Sequence record: MZ475898.1
Reading direction: 5' to 3' (one strand)
Length of the DNA stretch: 64,000 bases
Part shown: positions 7,741 to 17,682 of the stretch, one piece after another
How positions within the stretch are numbered: position 1 is the first letter of the stretch
How the letters are laid out: every line of letters starts with the position of its first letter
The notes under the pieces: model-generated
Told to the model about the DNA's origin: nothing
Database searches by the model: none
Seen by the model: the letters and a program-made list of their open reading frames with translations, nothing else
Program-made: the position numbers and the translations under genes

Positions 7741-10614
7741 TTAGATTTCGTCAGGTTCCCAACACAGAATAGGACGGCGATACACTTGAAATACGCCAGT
7801 AGGTGCGTAGCTTGAGCTAAGGTATTCTTTAGCGTTTGTACTGAGGCTACGTTCTGACGTAAGCAACTGTTGCCTGTTGTGCGTCCACTGACAACGACCA
7901 CAAGACTCTGCTTCGATACCCGCATCTGAGTCCCAACCAGGCACGTCGAATGTTTTGTTCCATCCGTTGAAGTGGTGAGTAGACACCGCTCCGTTGCCTG
8001 TTGCACACAGCACCATGTACTGATAGTCAGACTCGAAGTAGATAGGCACGTTACGGCCTGTAGGGATAGAAGGACCATTAGCGTTATACGTCAATTGCCA
8101 ACCAGTACGGTCTGCTGAGCCTGTAGACATGAACAACGGTCTACGGATAATCATCATGATACCGTTCTGCGTTCCGTTGTCGCTAGTCTTGGTGCAGTAC
8201 GCATTGCAGCGCAGCGCACGGTCAACAGTGAACAACGTACTGTTGGAGAAGTCAGCATTGTACAGGTTAGCCGCCCACTGAGGTAAGTTAGCAGCTTCTG
8301 GTACAATGAAGTGACGCTCTGCCAGTTCCAGATCACCGTAGCGGTCATAAGCAAACACGATATACTCGTAGCCTGCATCGATCTGAATGTTATGTCCTTG
8401 AGAACCCACGCCAGTCCACTTCCAAACAATCTGCCAGTCGTTAGTATCACGTCCAGGCGTATCGTTTATCAGGCCGTACTTGCGTTCGTATATCTGCCAT
8501 ACTCGGGAGCCACCAGTTGCAGCAAAGTACAAGCTGCCTGGATTAGAGCGGTCACCACCACAACGAGTAAGATGGTCGGGTCCTGCTTCGTTGTAAGCAC
8601 TGGCTCCGCCTACACCGTCAAACATTTCCCAGTTCATCATCAAGTGAGAGGTGCACAACTCATTCGGTCCGCTATCATCCGTTGTCGTAACAAGATATTC
8701 GTACTGGTCAGCAAACGGATAGTAGACAGTCTCTGTTCCTGCCATAGCAACACGACGAACCCAATCGTGTGACTGCACTTTAGGTACAGGGAAGCAAGGG
8801 TTAGTCACAGACACGACGAAACTTTTAGTCTCGTACATCGGCAGCTTTTTGAAGCGGTTATCACGAATCGTCACCGTGTGCTTCATGCCGTAAGTCTGTG
8901 CACCGTCCATACCGCCTAGCACTTTGTAGTAGCTGAGATGCGCACTCTTGGTGCTCTCATACAGACCAGTGATACCTAAAGACATTGCGCTGTTGCGGTC
9001 AGTACCACAGCAATACTGATTGCCGTAGCTGTCATACGCGAAGCCCACAGAGAAGTAGCTATCAGGGTCAGACGACTGAGGTCCGTAGTACATCTCAGTA
9101 GGCGCATTGCCCTCACCAACACCAGGCAGGCCAAAGCAGCAATAGCAACCGCGATACTGATACTGTCCGCCTTCGTACACGCGACGAGAAGCACCTATGC
9201 GATACATAGCACCAGCAAGTCCACCTTGAGTACGGTTAACGTTTGCTGTGTCATAGGAAACGACATAAACAAAGTGGTCGGCGCCAATCGAGTTCAGGAA
9301 CGCAGCCATGTTAGCAGCATTCGTCGTGCCCGGCGCAGTACCTTCGGCAGAAACGTGAATGTCATACGCTCTGCGATCTACAAGCACTTGGTCGGACTTG
9401 CGAATCTTGTACACGTTGAAGCCGCGAGAATCTCGGTAGTAAACGCCATTCACATACGTGTAACCAACATCGCCTGTGTCAAGCGTGCGCTGATAACCTA
9501 CGATGTGGCTGAACACGCTACTACGCGCTTGCAGACTCGCACCGTTATCGTTCGACCAGTTGACGGACACATCACCAGCAGCCATACGTGCAGCCCAATC
9601 ATCAGGCTTGTATGGGTAAGTGGTCACGTCAAAGTTAACGCCGTACGCACTGCCTATTTCTACGCAGCACGGGTCACGATAAATGATCTCTGGGTCAAGA
9701 ATAACATCGTCAGGAATATCAACTTGGCCACAGTACATCTGACGCCACACACCAGCTTGACCGCCGATAGAACCCGGGCCAGCAGCACCTGCGCCAGAGT
9801 TGAACTGGTAAGCAGCAGACACACGGTAGTTCTTTTGGTTGCTTAACTGTGGAACGTTCAGCCAGCCTACGTGGTCACCAAAAGCATTGATGGACTTAGA
9901 ACGCGCAGCCTGAGTAGCGACAACGTTAGCAGCACCATTGCTTGTGATACCAAGAGGACTAAAGATAGCGTTGAAGTTAACGTTACCCTCGTACGGGCCT
10001 TTCTGGAGCACAATCAGGCTAACGCCGTTACGGTGCGCTTCACGCAAGGCATTGAGCATTGCAGTAGGCATAGACTGACCGCTAGACGACAGCAGCAGCA
10101 TAACGCAGGACCATTGCTGGAAATACTTGTAGGTTCCGTCGTAACCGTAAGCACCAGCATTGATTTCATCCCACGTATGAGACAGCATATCAAGAGGCAT
10201 ACGCTCAAGATAATGAACAAGCTGTCCCCATGACTCCATTGCAGACTCATCATCCACAGAAGCACCATCACTAATGACCAGCATCGTTGAGCCAGCAGTG
10301 ATGTTAGAGTTATAGGCACGCTCGGTCAGAAACTGGCGCAGCGCACCCATGTTGTTAATTGTGGCATTGCGATAGTTACCCATCCAGCCGTAGCCGTCAG
10401 TAACCATTGGACTATCACTGCGAATGAAGCTACCGTTCATATACACAGAACCGTAACCGCAAACATACGCGAGAGCATGACCATCAACAACAAAGGATGT
10501 GTAGCGATTGCTATCAACGCCCATCGCATCAACAGCAGCTACGGAGCCATCACCTACACCGCCAGTAAAGACAGGAGTAATGCCTCGTGCATACAAGCAA
10601 CTTTGTTGCAGCAT
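7741..10614 (-). CDS. Large virion/fibre protein with ILEI/PANDER-like domain
   Basis: 957 aa; SRGFNVYKI...AAFLNSIGADHFVYVVSYD...YRGCYCCFG matches the ILEI pattern; three C-terminal W...YEY repeats. Confidence 0.7.
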   Translation of the reverse strand: MLQQSCLYARGITPVFTGGVGDGSVAAVDAMGVDSNRYTSFVVDGHALAYVCGYGSVYMNGSFIRSDSPMVTDGYGWMGNYRNATINNMGALRQFLTERAYNSNITAGSTMLVISDGASVDDESAMESWGQLVHYLERMPLDMLSHTWDEINAGAYGYDGTYKYFQQWSCVMLLLSSSGQSMPTAMLNALREAHRNGVSLIVLQKGPYEGNVNFNAIFSPLGITSNGAANVVATQAARSKSINAFGDHVGWLNVPQLSNQKNYRVSAAYQFNSGAGAAGPGSIGGQAGVWRQMYCGQVDIPDDVILDPEIIYRDPCCVEIGSAYGVNFDVTTYPYKPDDWAARMAAGDVSVNWSNDNGASLQARSSVFSHIVGYQRTLDTGDVGYTYVNGVYYRDSRGFNVYKIRKSDQVLVDRRAYDIHVSAEGTAPGTTNAANMAAFLNSIGADHFVYVVSYDTANVNRTQGGLAGAMYRIGASRRVYEGGQYQYRGCYCCFGLPGVGEGNAPTEMYYGPQSSDPDSYFSVGFAYDSYGNQYCCGTDRNSAMSLGITGLYESTKSAHLSYYKVLGGMDGAQTYGMKHTVTIRDNRFKKLPMYETKSFVVSVTNPCFPVPKVQSHDWVRRVAMAGTETVYYPFADQYEYLVTTTDDSGPNELCTSHLMMNWEMFDGVGGASAYNEAGPDHLTRCGGDRSNPGSLYFAATGGSRVWQIYERKYGLINDTPGRDTNDWQIVWKWTGVGSQGHNIQIDAGYEYIVFAYDRYGDLELAERHFIVPEAANLPQWAANLYNADFSNSTLFTVDRALRCNAYCTKTSDNGTQNGIMMIIRRPLFMSTGSADRTGWQLTYNANGPSIPTGRNVPIYFESDYQYMVLCATGNGAVSTHHFNGWNKTFDVPGWDSDAGIEAESCGRCQWTHNRQQLLTSERSLSTNAKEYLSSSYAPTGVFQVYRRPILCWEPDEI

Positions 10615-10636
10615 ATTATGTCCTTAGATCGGCAAG

Positions 10637-10652
10637 AGGGGCCGAAGCCCCT
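10637..10652 (-). terminator. UUCG hairpin (terminator or stabiliser)
   Basis: Minus strand AGGGGC-TTCG-GCCCCT; weak U-tract. Confidence 0.45.
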
Positions 10653-10657
10653 TCCTG

Positions 10658-12679
10658 TTAGCCAAATACAATCTCAGTGATTGCAAGATACGTCACATCG
10701 TTTGAGTCACCACGGTCACCAGAACCGTAGGCCATCAACCAAATCTCTTCACCTGCAGGGATGTTAGTGTCGAATGTGATACGTTGCAGAACGTTAGCGC
10801 TTGAGTAAACACGCTGCGCTGCACCAGCACCCGCATAACGTTCGTAGATGGACATGTCGTGCCAGCTACCGTTATTGCCATCAAACACCCAATCAAATGT
10901 GATTCGCTTGATAGGTCGAGTGAAGAAGTTATTCCACTTGAACCAACCATTCGAGCCACCCCAGAAGTTCATATAGCTGCCGTCCCAAACTTTCAGGTTC
11001 TCAATGCCGCCGCTGACTGTACGACCGCCAGTTTGTGTGAATGCATAGCAGTACCATGGGAATGGATCTGAATCAGGCGGCTGTGAGTTACCACCAGCAA
11101 CGGTGATGCAGCGATACGGAACTGTGAAGTCTCTGACGTTAATGTGCGGAGGCTGAATCGGACAGTACACATAGTAAGACCAGTCACACCCGATAGGGCC
11201 TGTAACGCGCACTGTGATTTCAGAACGCAGGACATGCTCAGGGTATTTCCAGAACTCAAGTGTACCAACAGCGCCTGCTACGACAATCGACGTATCAAGC
11301 AGATTCATATCACGGTCAAACACCTCGAACTTGGTGTCGAATGAGTTAGCAACGCATACGACCAGCTCTGCTCGGATATCTGTCTGTGTGCCTAACGCAA
11401 AATTATCTTCTGTGGTTGGATGACCGGCAGAGTAAACGCTGTAGCTTTGGCACGGATGCATGAACTCACGCGCACCACGCTCCGAAGGACAATAAAGGCT
11501 GTAGAAGAAGCTGTCGAGTGATTCAGCGTTTCCAAAGTCTTTAGATACCACGCGCACCATAATGTCACACGCGATGTTCTTAGGGTCAAAGTAGAAATAC
11601 AGATAACCCTCAAGTGTCTTCGCATCAAGCGTTGTTGCAATACGTCTACCGTTTTGATACACCTCAATGAAGTCGAGCGTTTCCCACGAGGTATAATCAA
11701 GGTACATCCAGCCTGCTGTCCAGCCCACAAAGTGATAATACTCGAACGCGTTAGCATTCTGAATACGCTCTGCAATAGGCCACACTGAGGCATGACACGG
11801 AGCTGGGAAGACTGGCGTGCCGATATAGTCAGGGTTGATAACGTCAGGGTAATTGATAACGTCATACGCGGCTTGACTGTCGAGCGCTAACCCACCACGG
11901 TCAGAAGGTGCAGAAAGCAGAGGAGGATAAACCATCATGCTCCAGCCGTAACCTTGAGTTGTGCGCACACGTATCATGATACGCATATCGGCAGCGTCAG
12001 GGTCAAACTGGAACTTGATGCGAGAACGTCCTGTTACTTTGCCGCAAGATGAAGCTACGCGCACGCCCATGTGATAGACGTCAATGCTTGCACCAGCAGG
12101 AGCATACGAAGCAAAGTTAACCTCGACATAACCTTCAGTTGCAGGCAGAGCGTAGATCGTTTCAGTGATAACAGCACCACGACCGTGAGTAGATGCATAA
12201 GGCACGTTGGGGTTAGCATACGTGCCTAGACCTGCTCTCGATGCTACGCCTACAGGGTCATAAGACTCAAGCGTCTTGATGCCTGGGCGATTGATACTGC
12301 GACCAGTTGGCGGTGCTGACGAGTTGACTACACCGAAGCCTGTACGACCCGCATCAGGCAAGTCGAAGCCTATTGGATAGCCTCCAAGAATCGTATAGCT
12401 CTCACGACCACCACTGCCTATACCGTTACCGGAGCCTTTGGTTGTTGACGTAGGGCCACCGCCACATGCACCTGTTTCGAGATTTGAACAGGGATCATCA
12501 TACGTAGGGTCAAACGTGTCATCGATTAAATGCCAGCGCTTGCCCCACTGATTACGCACGCTGAACTTCTCAGGTGTTAGAGGAGTCCAGTCACCTTCCT
12601 TGGTGCGAACGTACATGGGCGTATCGACACAATCAAGCCAACCGTTATTCGCAGCATTACGAACGCGAAAACGTGACAT
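10658..12679 (-). CDS. Virion/fibre protein with three internal repeats
   Basis: 673 aa; three repeats of the type VY..G.R.A....G...F.FDP...I.VRV. Confidence 0.75.
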   Translation of the reverse strand: MSRFRVRNAANNGWLDCVDTPMYVRTKEGDWTPLTPEKFSVRNQWGKRWHLIDDTFDPTYDDPCSNLETGACGGGPTSTTKGSGNGIGSGGRESYTILGGYPIGFDLPDAGRTGFGVVNSSAPPTGRSINRPGIKTLESYDPVGVASRAGLGTYANPNVPYASTHGRGAVITETIYALPATEGYVEVNFASYAPAGASIDVYHMGVRVASSCGKVTGRSRIKFQFDPDAADMRIMIRVRTTQGYGWSMMVYPPLLSAPSDRGGLALDSQAAYDVINYPDVINPDYIGTPVFPAPCHASVWPIAERIQNANAFEYYHFVGWTAGWMYLDYTSWETLDFIEVYQNGRRIATTLDAKTLEGYLYFYFDPKNIACDIMVRVVSKDFGNAESLDSFFYSLYCPSERGAREFMHPCQSYSVYSAGHPTTEDNFALGTQTDIRAELVVCVANSFDTKFEVFDRDMNLLDTSIVVAGAVGTLEFWKYPEHVLRSEITVRVTGPIGCDWSYYVYCPIQPPHINVRDFTVPYRCITVAGGNSQPPDSDPFPWYCYAFTQTGGRTVSGGIENLKVWDGSYMNFWGGSNGWFKWNNFFTRPIKRITFDWVFDGNNGSWHDMSIYERYAGAGAAQRVYSSANVLQRITFDTNIPAGEEIWLMAYGSGDRGDSNDVTYLAITEIVFG

Positions 12680-12690
12680 GTACTATCTCC

Positions 12691-13182
12691 TTACGGGCGA
12701 ATCCACAGTGCACCTGCTGAAATCTCTTGGTCGAGTGCCGGGTCAGTGTCTTGAATGAATATCTCCAAGACACCTGGGTTTCCAGGAGCACCAGTCGGTC
12801 CTGTAGCACCGGTAGGACCTGCTGGACCACGAATACCCACATAGCCTTGCTTGCCTGGCAGACCATCGATACCACGAGGACCAACACATCCGTCAGTACC
12901 ACGCTTACCGTCAGAACCCATCAGGCCGTCGATACCATCACGACCAGAAGCACCAACGCCACCTTCAGGGCCGTAGCCGATGCTGTAGATAGTAGGCAGG
13001 CCAGAGATAGCGAGCTTTCCGATACTCGGAATATTGATAGACAGCACACCTGTCAGTTGATCGAAGGCGCCTTGTAGCGTTGTTTCGTCTTCGGCCACAT
13101 CAACAGACACACCGCCTTGAGTTGCTACTACCTTACCAGACGCATTCGTCTTGAGTAGCGATATATCAACCTTTTCTACCAC
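12691..13182 (-). CDS. Collagen-like fibre protein
   Basis: 163 aa; ~23 G-X-Y triplets; ends in AGALWIRP. Confidence 0.85.
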   Translation of the reverse strand: MVEKVDISLLKTNASGKVVATQGGVSVDVAEDETTLQGAFDQLTGVLSINIPSIGKLAISGLPTIYSIGYGPEGGVGASGRDGIDGLMGSDGKRGTDGCVGPRGIDGLPGKQGYVGIRGPAGPTGATGPTGAPGNPGVLEIFIQDTDPALDQEISAGALWIRP

Positions 13183-13191
13183 GAGAACTCC

Positions 13192-13824
13192 TTATGGCCA
13201 TGTGGTGCCTTGATCTTTAGTAGGGTCGACCCAGAGCGTGCCGGCAGCTACAGCTCCTGGCTGGGTAGCGCTAACGATAATTGCAAGACGACCGGAAGGA
13301 CCTGCAGGACCAGTTGGGCCAGTAGGACCAGTACCACCAGTAGAGCCAGTAGGACCAGTACCACCGCGAGGACCAGTAGGTCCAGTCGGCCCCATAGGTC
13401 CTTCACGACCTTCTCTGCCCGTAGGCCCAACATTACCGTCACGGCCATCACGACCATCCGGGCCTGGTATGCCTTGCTCGCCATCTGGACCAACAGGGCC
13501 TGTACAGCCTGGACCGCCCGTTGCACCATCACGACCATCACGACCGTCTTTTCCGTCTGCACCTGTTTCACCTTTCTGACCTGTACGACCTGCTGGAATA
13601 TCAGACGCAGTTGGGAAACCTGAGACTTTGAGACTACTGCCGTTAGCAAAGCGCAGAGTTAACACGCCCGCAGTAGCGTCATACGAGGAATCTGACGTGA
13701 CTTCTGATGGAGCTTCGGACTCCGCGCTGTTGACAACAAGTGTACCGCCAGATGCTCGGACAGGTGTCGCAACAGAGCTTACGCCCGCAGCGATTAAACT
13801 TGTTTTTACCTTTATCAAACTCAT
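13192..13824 (-). CDS. Collagen-like fibre protein
   Basis: 210 aa; ~34 G-X-Y triplets; AGTLWVDP near the C-terminus. Confidence 0.85.
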   Translation of the reverse strand: MSLIKVKTSLIAAGVSSVATPVRASGGTLVVNSAESEAPSEVTSDSSYDATAGVLTLRFANGSSLKVSGFPTASDIPAGRTGQKGETGADGKDGRDGRDGATGGPGCTGPVGPDGEQGIPGPDGRDGRDGNVGPTGREGREGPMGPTGPTGPRGGTGPTGSTGGTGPTGPTGPAGPSGRLAIIVSATQPGAVAAGTLWVDPTKDQGTTWP

Positions 13825-15260
13825 TACGTCTTCTCCGCCTGAGCAGTCATATCCGTGTTATGAGCCAGAACATCACCAACGAAATAGCAGTCGAAAGGTT
13901 CAACGTCTATGTCTACGGTATTAACGAGTTGGTCTATACGACGACATTCGTATACAGACACAGGACCTTTACGTCCTCTGACTTGCATTCCTTGCTTAAC
14001 TTCACGAGCAGGAACATAGCGCCATTGCTTATCATCGTAGATCAGCACAGGATGTTCGTGCGTAAACTTCTGTCCGTTAATGACGAAGTAGTGATCTTCC
14101 TGACCGTATTTGAGTGCTCGAACAGCAGCATAGACATTCTTACCTTTCAGACTTGGTGAGGACCATTTACGGAACTCTTTAGGCTGATTGGAGAACGATG
14201 CAAGCATATCACCTACAGACAAACGCTCAACAGGCACAGAGCCTGCGATTGTATGCACAGTAGAGCCGAACACGATACAGCCAGATGTTTTACTCACAGG
14301 GTTACGTGCAACTACGGTCAGAGCAGACTTCACTGTGACTGTAGGTCTGGATGGCTGCCCCATGTCTGTTACTAAACAACTGATGGTGCCTCTGATTGTA
14401 CGATCAGCACCGAGACCAAGACGCAGATAGAAGTTAACTATGCAGGTGTTAGTCTCTATGGCGTCAAGGTTAACGCCCTCAGTTGTTGTGATTGTCCACT
14501 TGTACTTGTATGGACCCACACCGCCACGCGCATTGACAGGCAGATAAGCAAGCGAGGTGAATACGTCAGACCCTTGTACTGTGCGCGTGCCTACCATGTA
14601 CAGACTAGACACAGAAGCAACAAGTGGGCTGATAGTAGGAAGAGGAGGTGCTGGCGATACGTTAGCAGTCGGGTACAGCCACACGAACACGTTAGATGCA
14701 GTGGGTTGCACATTAGACAGCACAGCAGTTTCGATAGGCGCAGGACCTGTAGGACCCGTTGCACCTGCAATACAGCTTGGACCGTCATTGCCTCGTGGGC
14801 CGAGTATGCCAGTAGGACCCGTTGGACCGATTGGTCCTGTAGGTCCGTCTTTACCGTCAGGACCCGTGTCACCGTCAGGACCAGTAGCGCCGTCACGACC
14901 AGGTTCACCCGCAGTGCCGTTAAGACCTCTAGCACCAGGGAGACCACCACAGCCGTCAGCACCAGTAGAGCCATCACGTCCATCACGACCGTCACGACCA
15001 GCAGCGCCTGGCGCACCTCTCTTACCTTGCTTACCTGAACCAAACATTGCACTCGTAGGCAGGCCGGGGATATTAACTAAATCCCCATTCTGTTTGATGA
15101 GTACGAGCACGCCGTTCTTACTGTCAAACTTTACGCTTGCGATCTGTGTCGTTGTCAACACATCGGAGGATTCGAATTGAATACCACCAGCAACAGCAAC
15201 AACGGATTTACCTTCATCGTTGCCTGTTGTCTCGATTTGCGAAAGTTTTAAGTCTGTCAT
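13824..15260 (-). CDS. Collagen-like fibre protein with C-terminal Hint (intein-like) domain
   Basis: 478 aa; ~32 G-X-Y triplets, a beta domain, then a Hint domain (C328...THEH...HN468) and a 10-aa tail. Confidence 0.85.
   Translation of the reverse strand: MTDLKLSQIETTGNDEGKSVVAVAGGIQFESSDVLTTTQIASVKFDSKNGVLVLIKQNGDLVNIPGLPTSAMFGSGKQGKRGAPGAAGRDGRDGRDGSTGADGCGGLPGARGLNGTAGEPGRDGATGPDGDTGPDGKDGPTGPIGPTGPTGILGPRGNDGPSCIAGATGPTGPAPIETAVLSNVQPTASNVFVWLYPTANVSPAPPLPTISPLVASVSSLYMVGTRTVQGSDVFTSLAYLPVNARGGVGPYKYKWTITTTEGVNLDAIETNTCIVNFYLRLGLGADRTIRGTISCLVTDMGQPSRPTVTVKSALTVVARNPVSKTSGCIVFGSTVHTIAGSVPVERLSVGDMLASFSNQPKEFRKWSSPSLKGKNVYAAVRALKYGQEDHYFVINGQKFTHEHPVLIYDDKQWRYVPAREVKQGMQVRGRKGPVSVYECRRIDQLVNTVDIDVEPFDCYFVGDVLAHNTDMTAQAEKT
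13857..14279 (-). other. Hint/mini-intein domain (141 aa, no endonuclease)
   Basis: Block [11 protein letters not shown]...VERLSVGD; block B FTHEHPVL (TxxH); block [14 protein letters not shown]; block G LAHN followed by T. Confidence 0.8.
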
Positions 15261-17596
15261 TTAGGCTCGACCTTAATGCACAAGTTACCAATCAGCTTCG
15301 AACCGTAGCTCGTGATTTGGGCATTACTGATACGCACCTTAGCGACAATATCAATAAAGCCTTGAGGTTGGTTCTCGGCTAACACAACAAGCATCTGGGT
15401 GATACTGACATTCGAATATGCGATGATCTCGGTCAGGTTTTCTGTAGAATCAACAACGTTGAAACCACTGCTACCCGTACCTTTAAGACCACGACCATAT
15501 TCAGCCTCAGCAAGGCCAGGCGTCTTGTACGATAGAACGTACTCGATATGCTCTTTGCCGCTGGTGGCCTTGAAGCCAGGACCCAATTGACACTGGAAGT
15601 CTGCAACACAGGTAAGCATAACACCTTTCTTGAACTCGATGCGCTGCGTAATCGTCAGCTCCTCTGAGTCCTCAACATCTTGGTGGATGTTGTACATGTT
15701 CTTAGGGTCAGCTTCTTCTGCGAGCGCTTGCGTGTTGCTGATGGTGATGTTCGGCCACTCACCACTGATCTTAATGCCTTCACCCTGAATGATTTCAGGA
15801 ACGAACATAGGCACATCAATCGGCGAGAGTCCCTGACGCTTGAACATGAAGCCTGTTGGCGTAGGGATAACATCAATGATAACGCCATCAACAGAACTGT
15901 CTTTCGAGCCTACAGCCATCACGTTTTCGAAGATGGTGATTTCCACCAGCGTGTCTGCTGGGATAGGCGATACAGTCTGCAACGAGTTACCAACAACGGT
16001 GAAGTCAGAAGGATGAATCGTCAGACCACCCATCGTTGCAACAACGTGCGCTTTGTTCAGTGGGCTAGTCGGAAGAATGTATGTATCAGCATCATAAGGA
16101 AGGCGATACTGAGAAACACGCATACGAGTAGACCAGTTGGCGCGTTCTTCATAGCGGGCAACATAGAAAGAATATTTCTGGCCAGAAGGAATTGCCTGCG
16201 TTAGCGTAATCTTATTGCCGTTGTTGATCTTGTAGACTGTGGAGGGCTGCCACGTTGAGCCTACAACACAGAAGACCATATCAGCGCTTTCGATTACTTG
16301 ACTACCCAGAGAGAACTGAGTTGTCTGACCGTCACCTACACCTTCGTACAGCTCAAACAGAACGACATGGCCTTGAGATGGTTCGATACGGAACTGTCTC
16401 AGGTCAAGCAGCATCTGTTGTTCAGGGTATGACGAGAGCAGCAACTGATCTTCCTGAACGGAGTATGCAGTACGCGGCTGGAGAACGCCTGACGTGCCTA
16501 CAAACAAATCAGTAGAGCTATCAAGAATTTCGGTCAGTTGGTAACGCAGAGCATCAGGAGTAGCTGTGGTCACAACAGAACTAAACAGCATCTTGCCTGG
16601 AGGTACAAACAGGCTTGCAGTCGTCTGACGTGAACCACCAACAGGACCCCAATACGGTTCGTTGTCTGCACCACGCATCAATCCCCAAGTGCTTGGCACA
16701 TCGTTGTTAGCAGGCCACGGGATGCCAGCGCTCGGCGTAGTTGGGTTAGTGATTCGACGCCACACAGCGATAGACGTTTGCGCAGATACGAATGGGATAG
16801 CGCTGTCCAAGTTGACAAGCTGCTGGTTGGTGTATTTGAAGTGACGACAAGCGCCTGCACCAGTACCTGCAATAGTCTGCACGAGGACGGTCTCACCTTC
16901 TTTGAGAGAAGTAAGACTTGGAATCTTAAACGTGTTAGCGTTAATGAAACCAGTAGAGGTAATCTGGCCGCTGAACACACGGTCGTGCTCGCTGAAAGCC
17001 CAATAGTAAGAGCCTGCACCGTAGCGCGAAGCCTGACCAGGAGACTTAGAGCCATCGCTATTGATATGCATGTCCAGCACAGACACAACGTTGAACACGT
17101 TATCGTTCAAGCTAGGCAGATTCTCCAGCGTTGCTACACTCGGGATGGACGTGTAATCCGCCATCTCAACAGCAAGAATCTTCTGGACGTCCTGCGTCAA
17201 ATGGATGAGCAAGCTAACGCGAGACACAGAATTTGGAACTGCAATGATAGGCTCTTGCAGAACAACGTGACCGAAAGGACGGTTGTCTTTGAGCATGATC
17301 ATCAACTCACCCACACGCTTCAATTGCTCACCAGCGGCGTAGGTCAGTTTTATATCAAAGATAAAGCGTGCGCTATTCTCAGAGAGAACCTGTACATAGG
17401 ACAGGGCGCCGGAAGCAAGCTCGTTGCCAAGTAACTGCTCTGGAACCTCAGATGGGTTAGAGCCGATATAGTCACCTGCTTTGAACGAAACTGGCTGCAC
17501 AGCAATGCCGCCTGCGTTAGCGTTCGCAACGGCCTGTTCTCCCTGAGGCGTTAAACGCAGAGCGTCAACGTAGATAGATTCATCAGCGGCCATCAA
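15257..17596 (-). CDS. Tail-collar/baseplate-attached fibre protein
   Basis: 779 aa; N-terminal [12 protein letters not shown]...GGIAV resembles tail-collar fibre N-termini; three internal beta repeats. Confidence 0.6.
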   Translation of the reverse strand: MMAADESIYVDALRLTPQGEQAVANANAGGIAVQPVSFKAGDYIGSNPSEVPEQLLGNELASGALSYVQVLSENSARFIFDIKLTYAAGEQLKRVGELMIMLKDNRPFGHVVLQEPIIAVPNSVSRVSLLIHLTQDVQKILAVEMADYTSIPSVATLENLPSLNDNVFNVVSVLDMHINSDGSKSPGQASRYGAGSYYWAFSEHDRVFSGQITSTGFINANTFKIPSLTSLKEGETVLVQTIAGTGAGACRHFKYTNQQLVNLDSAIPFVSAQTSIAVWRRITNPTTPSAGIPWPANNDVPSTWGLMRGADNEPYWGPVGGSRQTTASLFVPPGKMLFSSVVTTATPDALRYQLTEILDSSTDLFVGTSGVLQPRTAYSVQEDQLLLSSYPEQQMLLDLRQFRIEPSQGHVVLFELYEGVGDGQTTQFSLGSQVIESADMVFCVVGSTWQPSTVYKINNGNKITLTQAIPSGQKYSFYVARYEERANWSTRMRVSQYRLPYDADTYILPTSPLNKAHVVATMGGLTIHPSDFTVVGNSLQTVSPIPADTLVEITIFENVMAVGSKDSSVDGVIIDVIPTPTGFMFKRQGLSPIDVPMFVPEIIQGEGIKISGEWPNITISNTQALAEEADPKNMYNIHQDVEDSEELTITQRIEFKKGVMLTCVADFQCQLGPGFKATSGKEHIEYVLSYKTPGLAEAEYGRGLKGTGSSGFNVVDSTENLTEIIAYSNVSITQMLVVLAENQPQGFIDIVAKVRISNAQITSYGSKLIGNLCIKVEPK

Positions 17597-17623
17597 AAGA
17601 ACTCCTTGAATATTTACGTTCTT

Positions 17624-17631
17624 AAATTAGC
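17624..17631 (-). promoter_or_regulatory. Candidate late promoter motif GCTAATTT
   Basis: Between a terminator and the start at 17596 (~28 nt). Confidence 0.55.
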
Positions 17632-17640
17632 AATAAACAA

Positions 17641-17677
17641 AAAGGGAGCCAGGAACACGCAGCTCCAAGCTCCCTTT
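17641..17677 (-). terminator. Intrinsic terminator
   Basis: AAAGGGAGC...GCTCCCTTT inverted repeat followed by a T-run on the minus strand. Confidence 0.65.
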
Positions 17678-17682
17678 ATTTT

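Noticed and set aside
13210-15180. Pro/Gly-rich plus-strand ORFs
   Set aside because: Antisense shadows of the collagen repeats; no SD or independent motif
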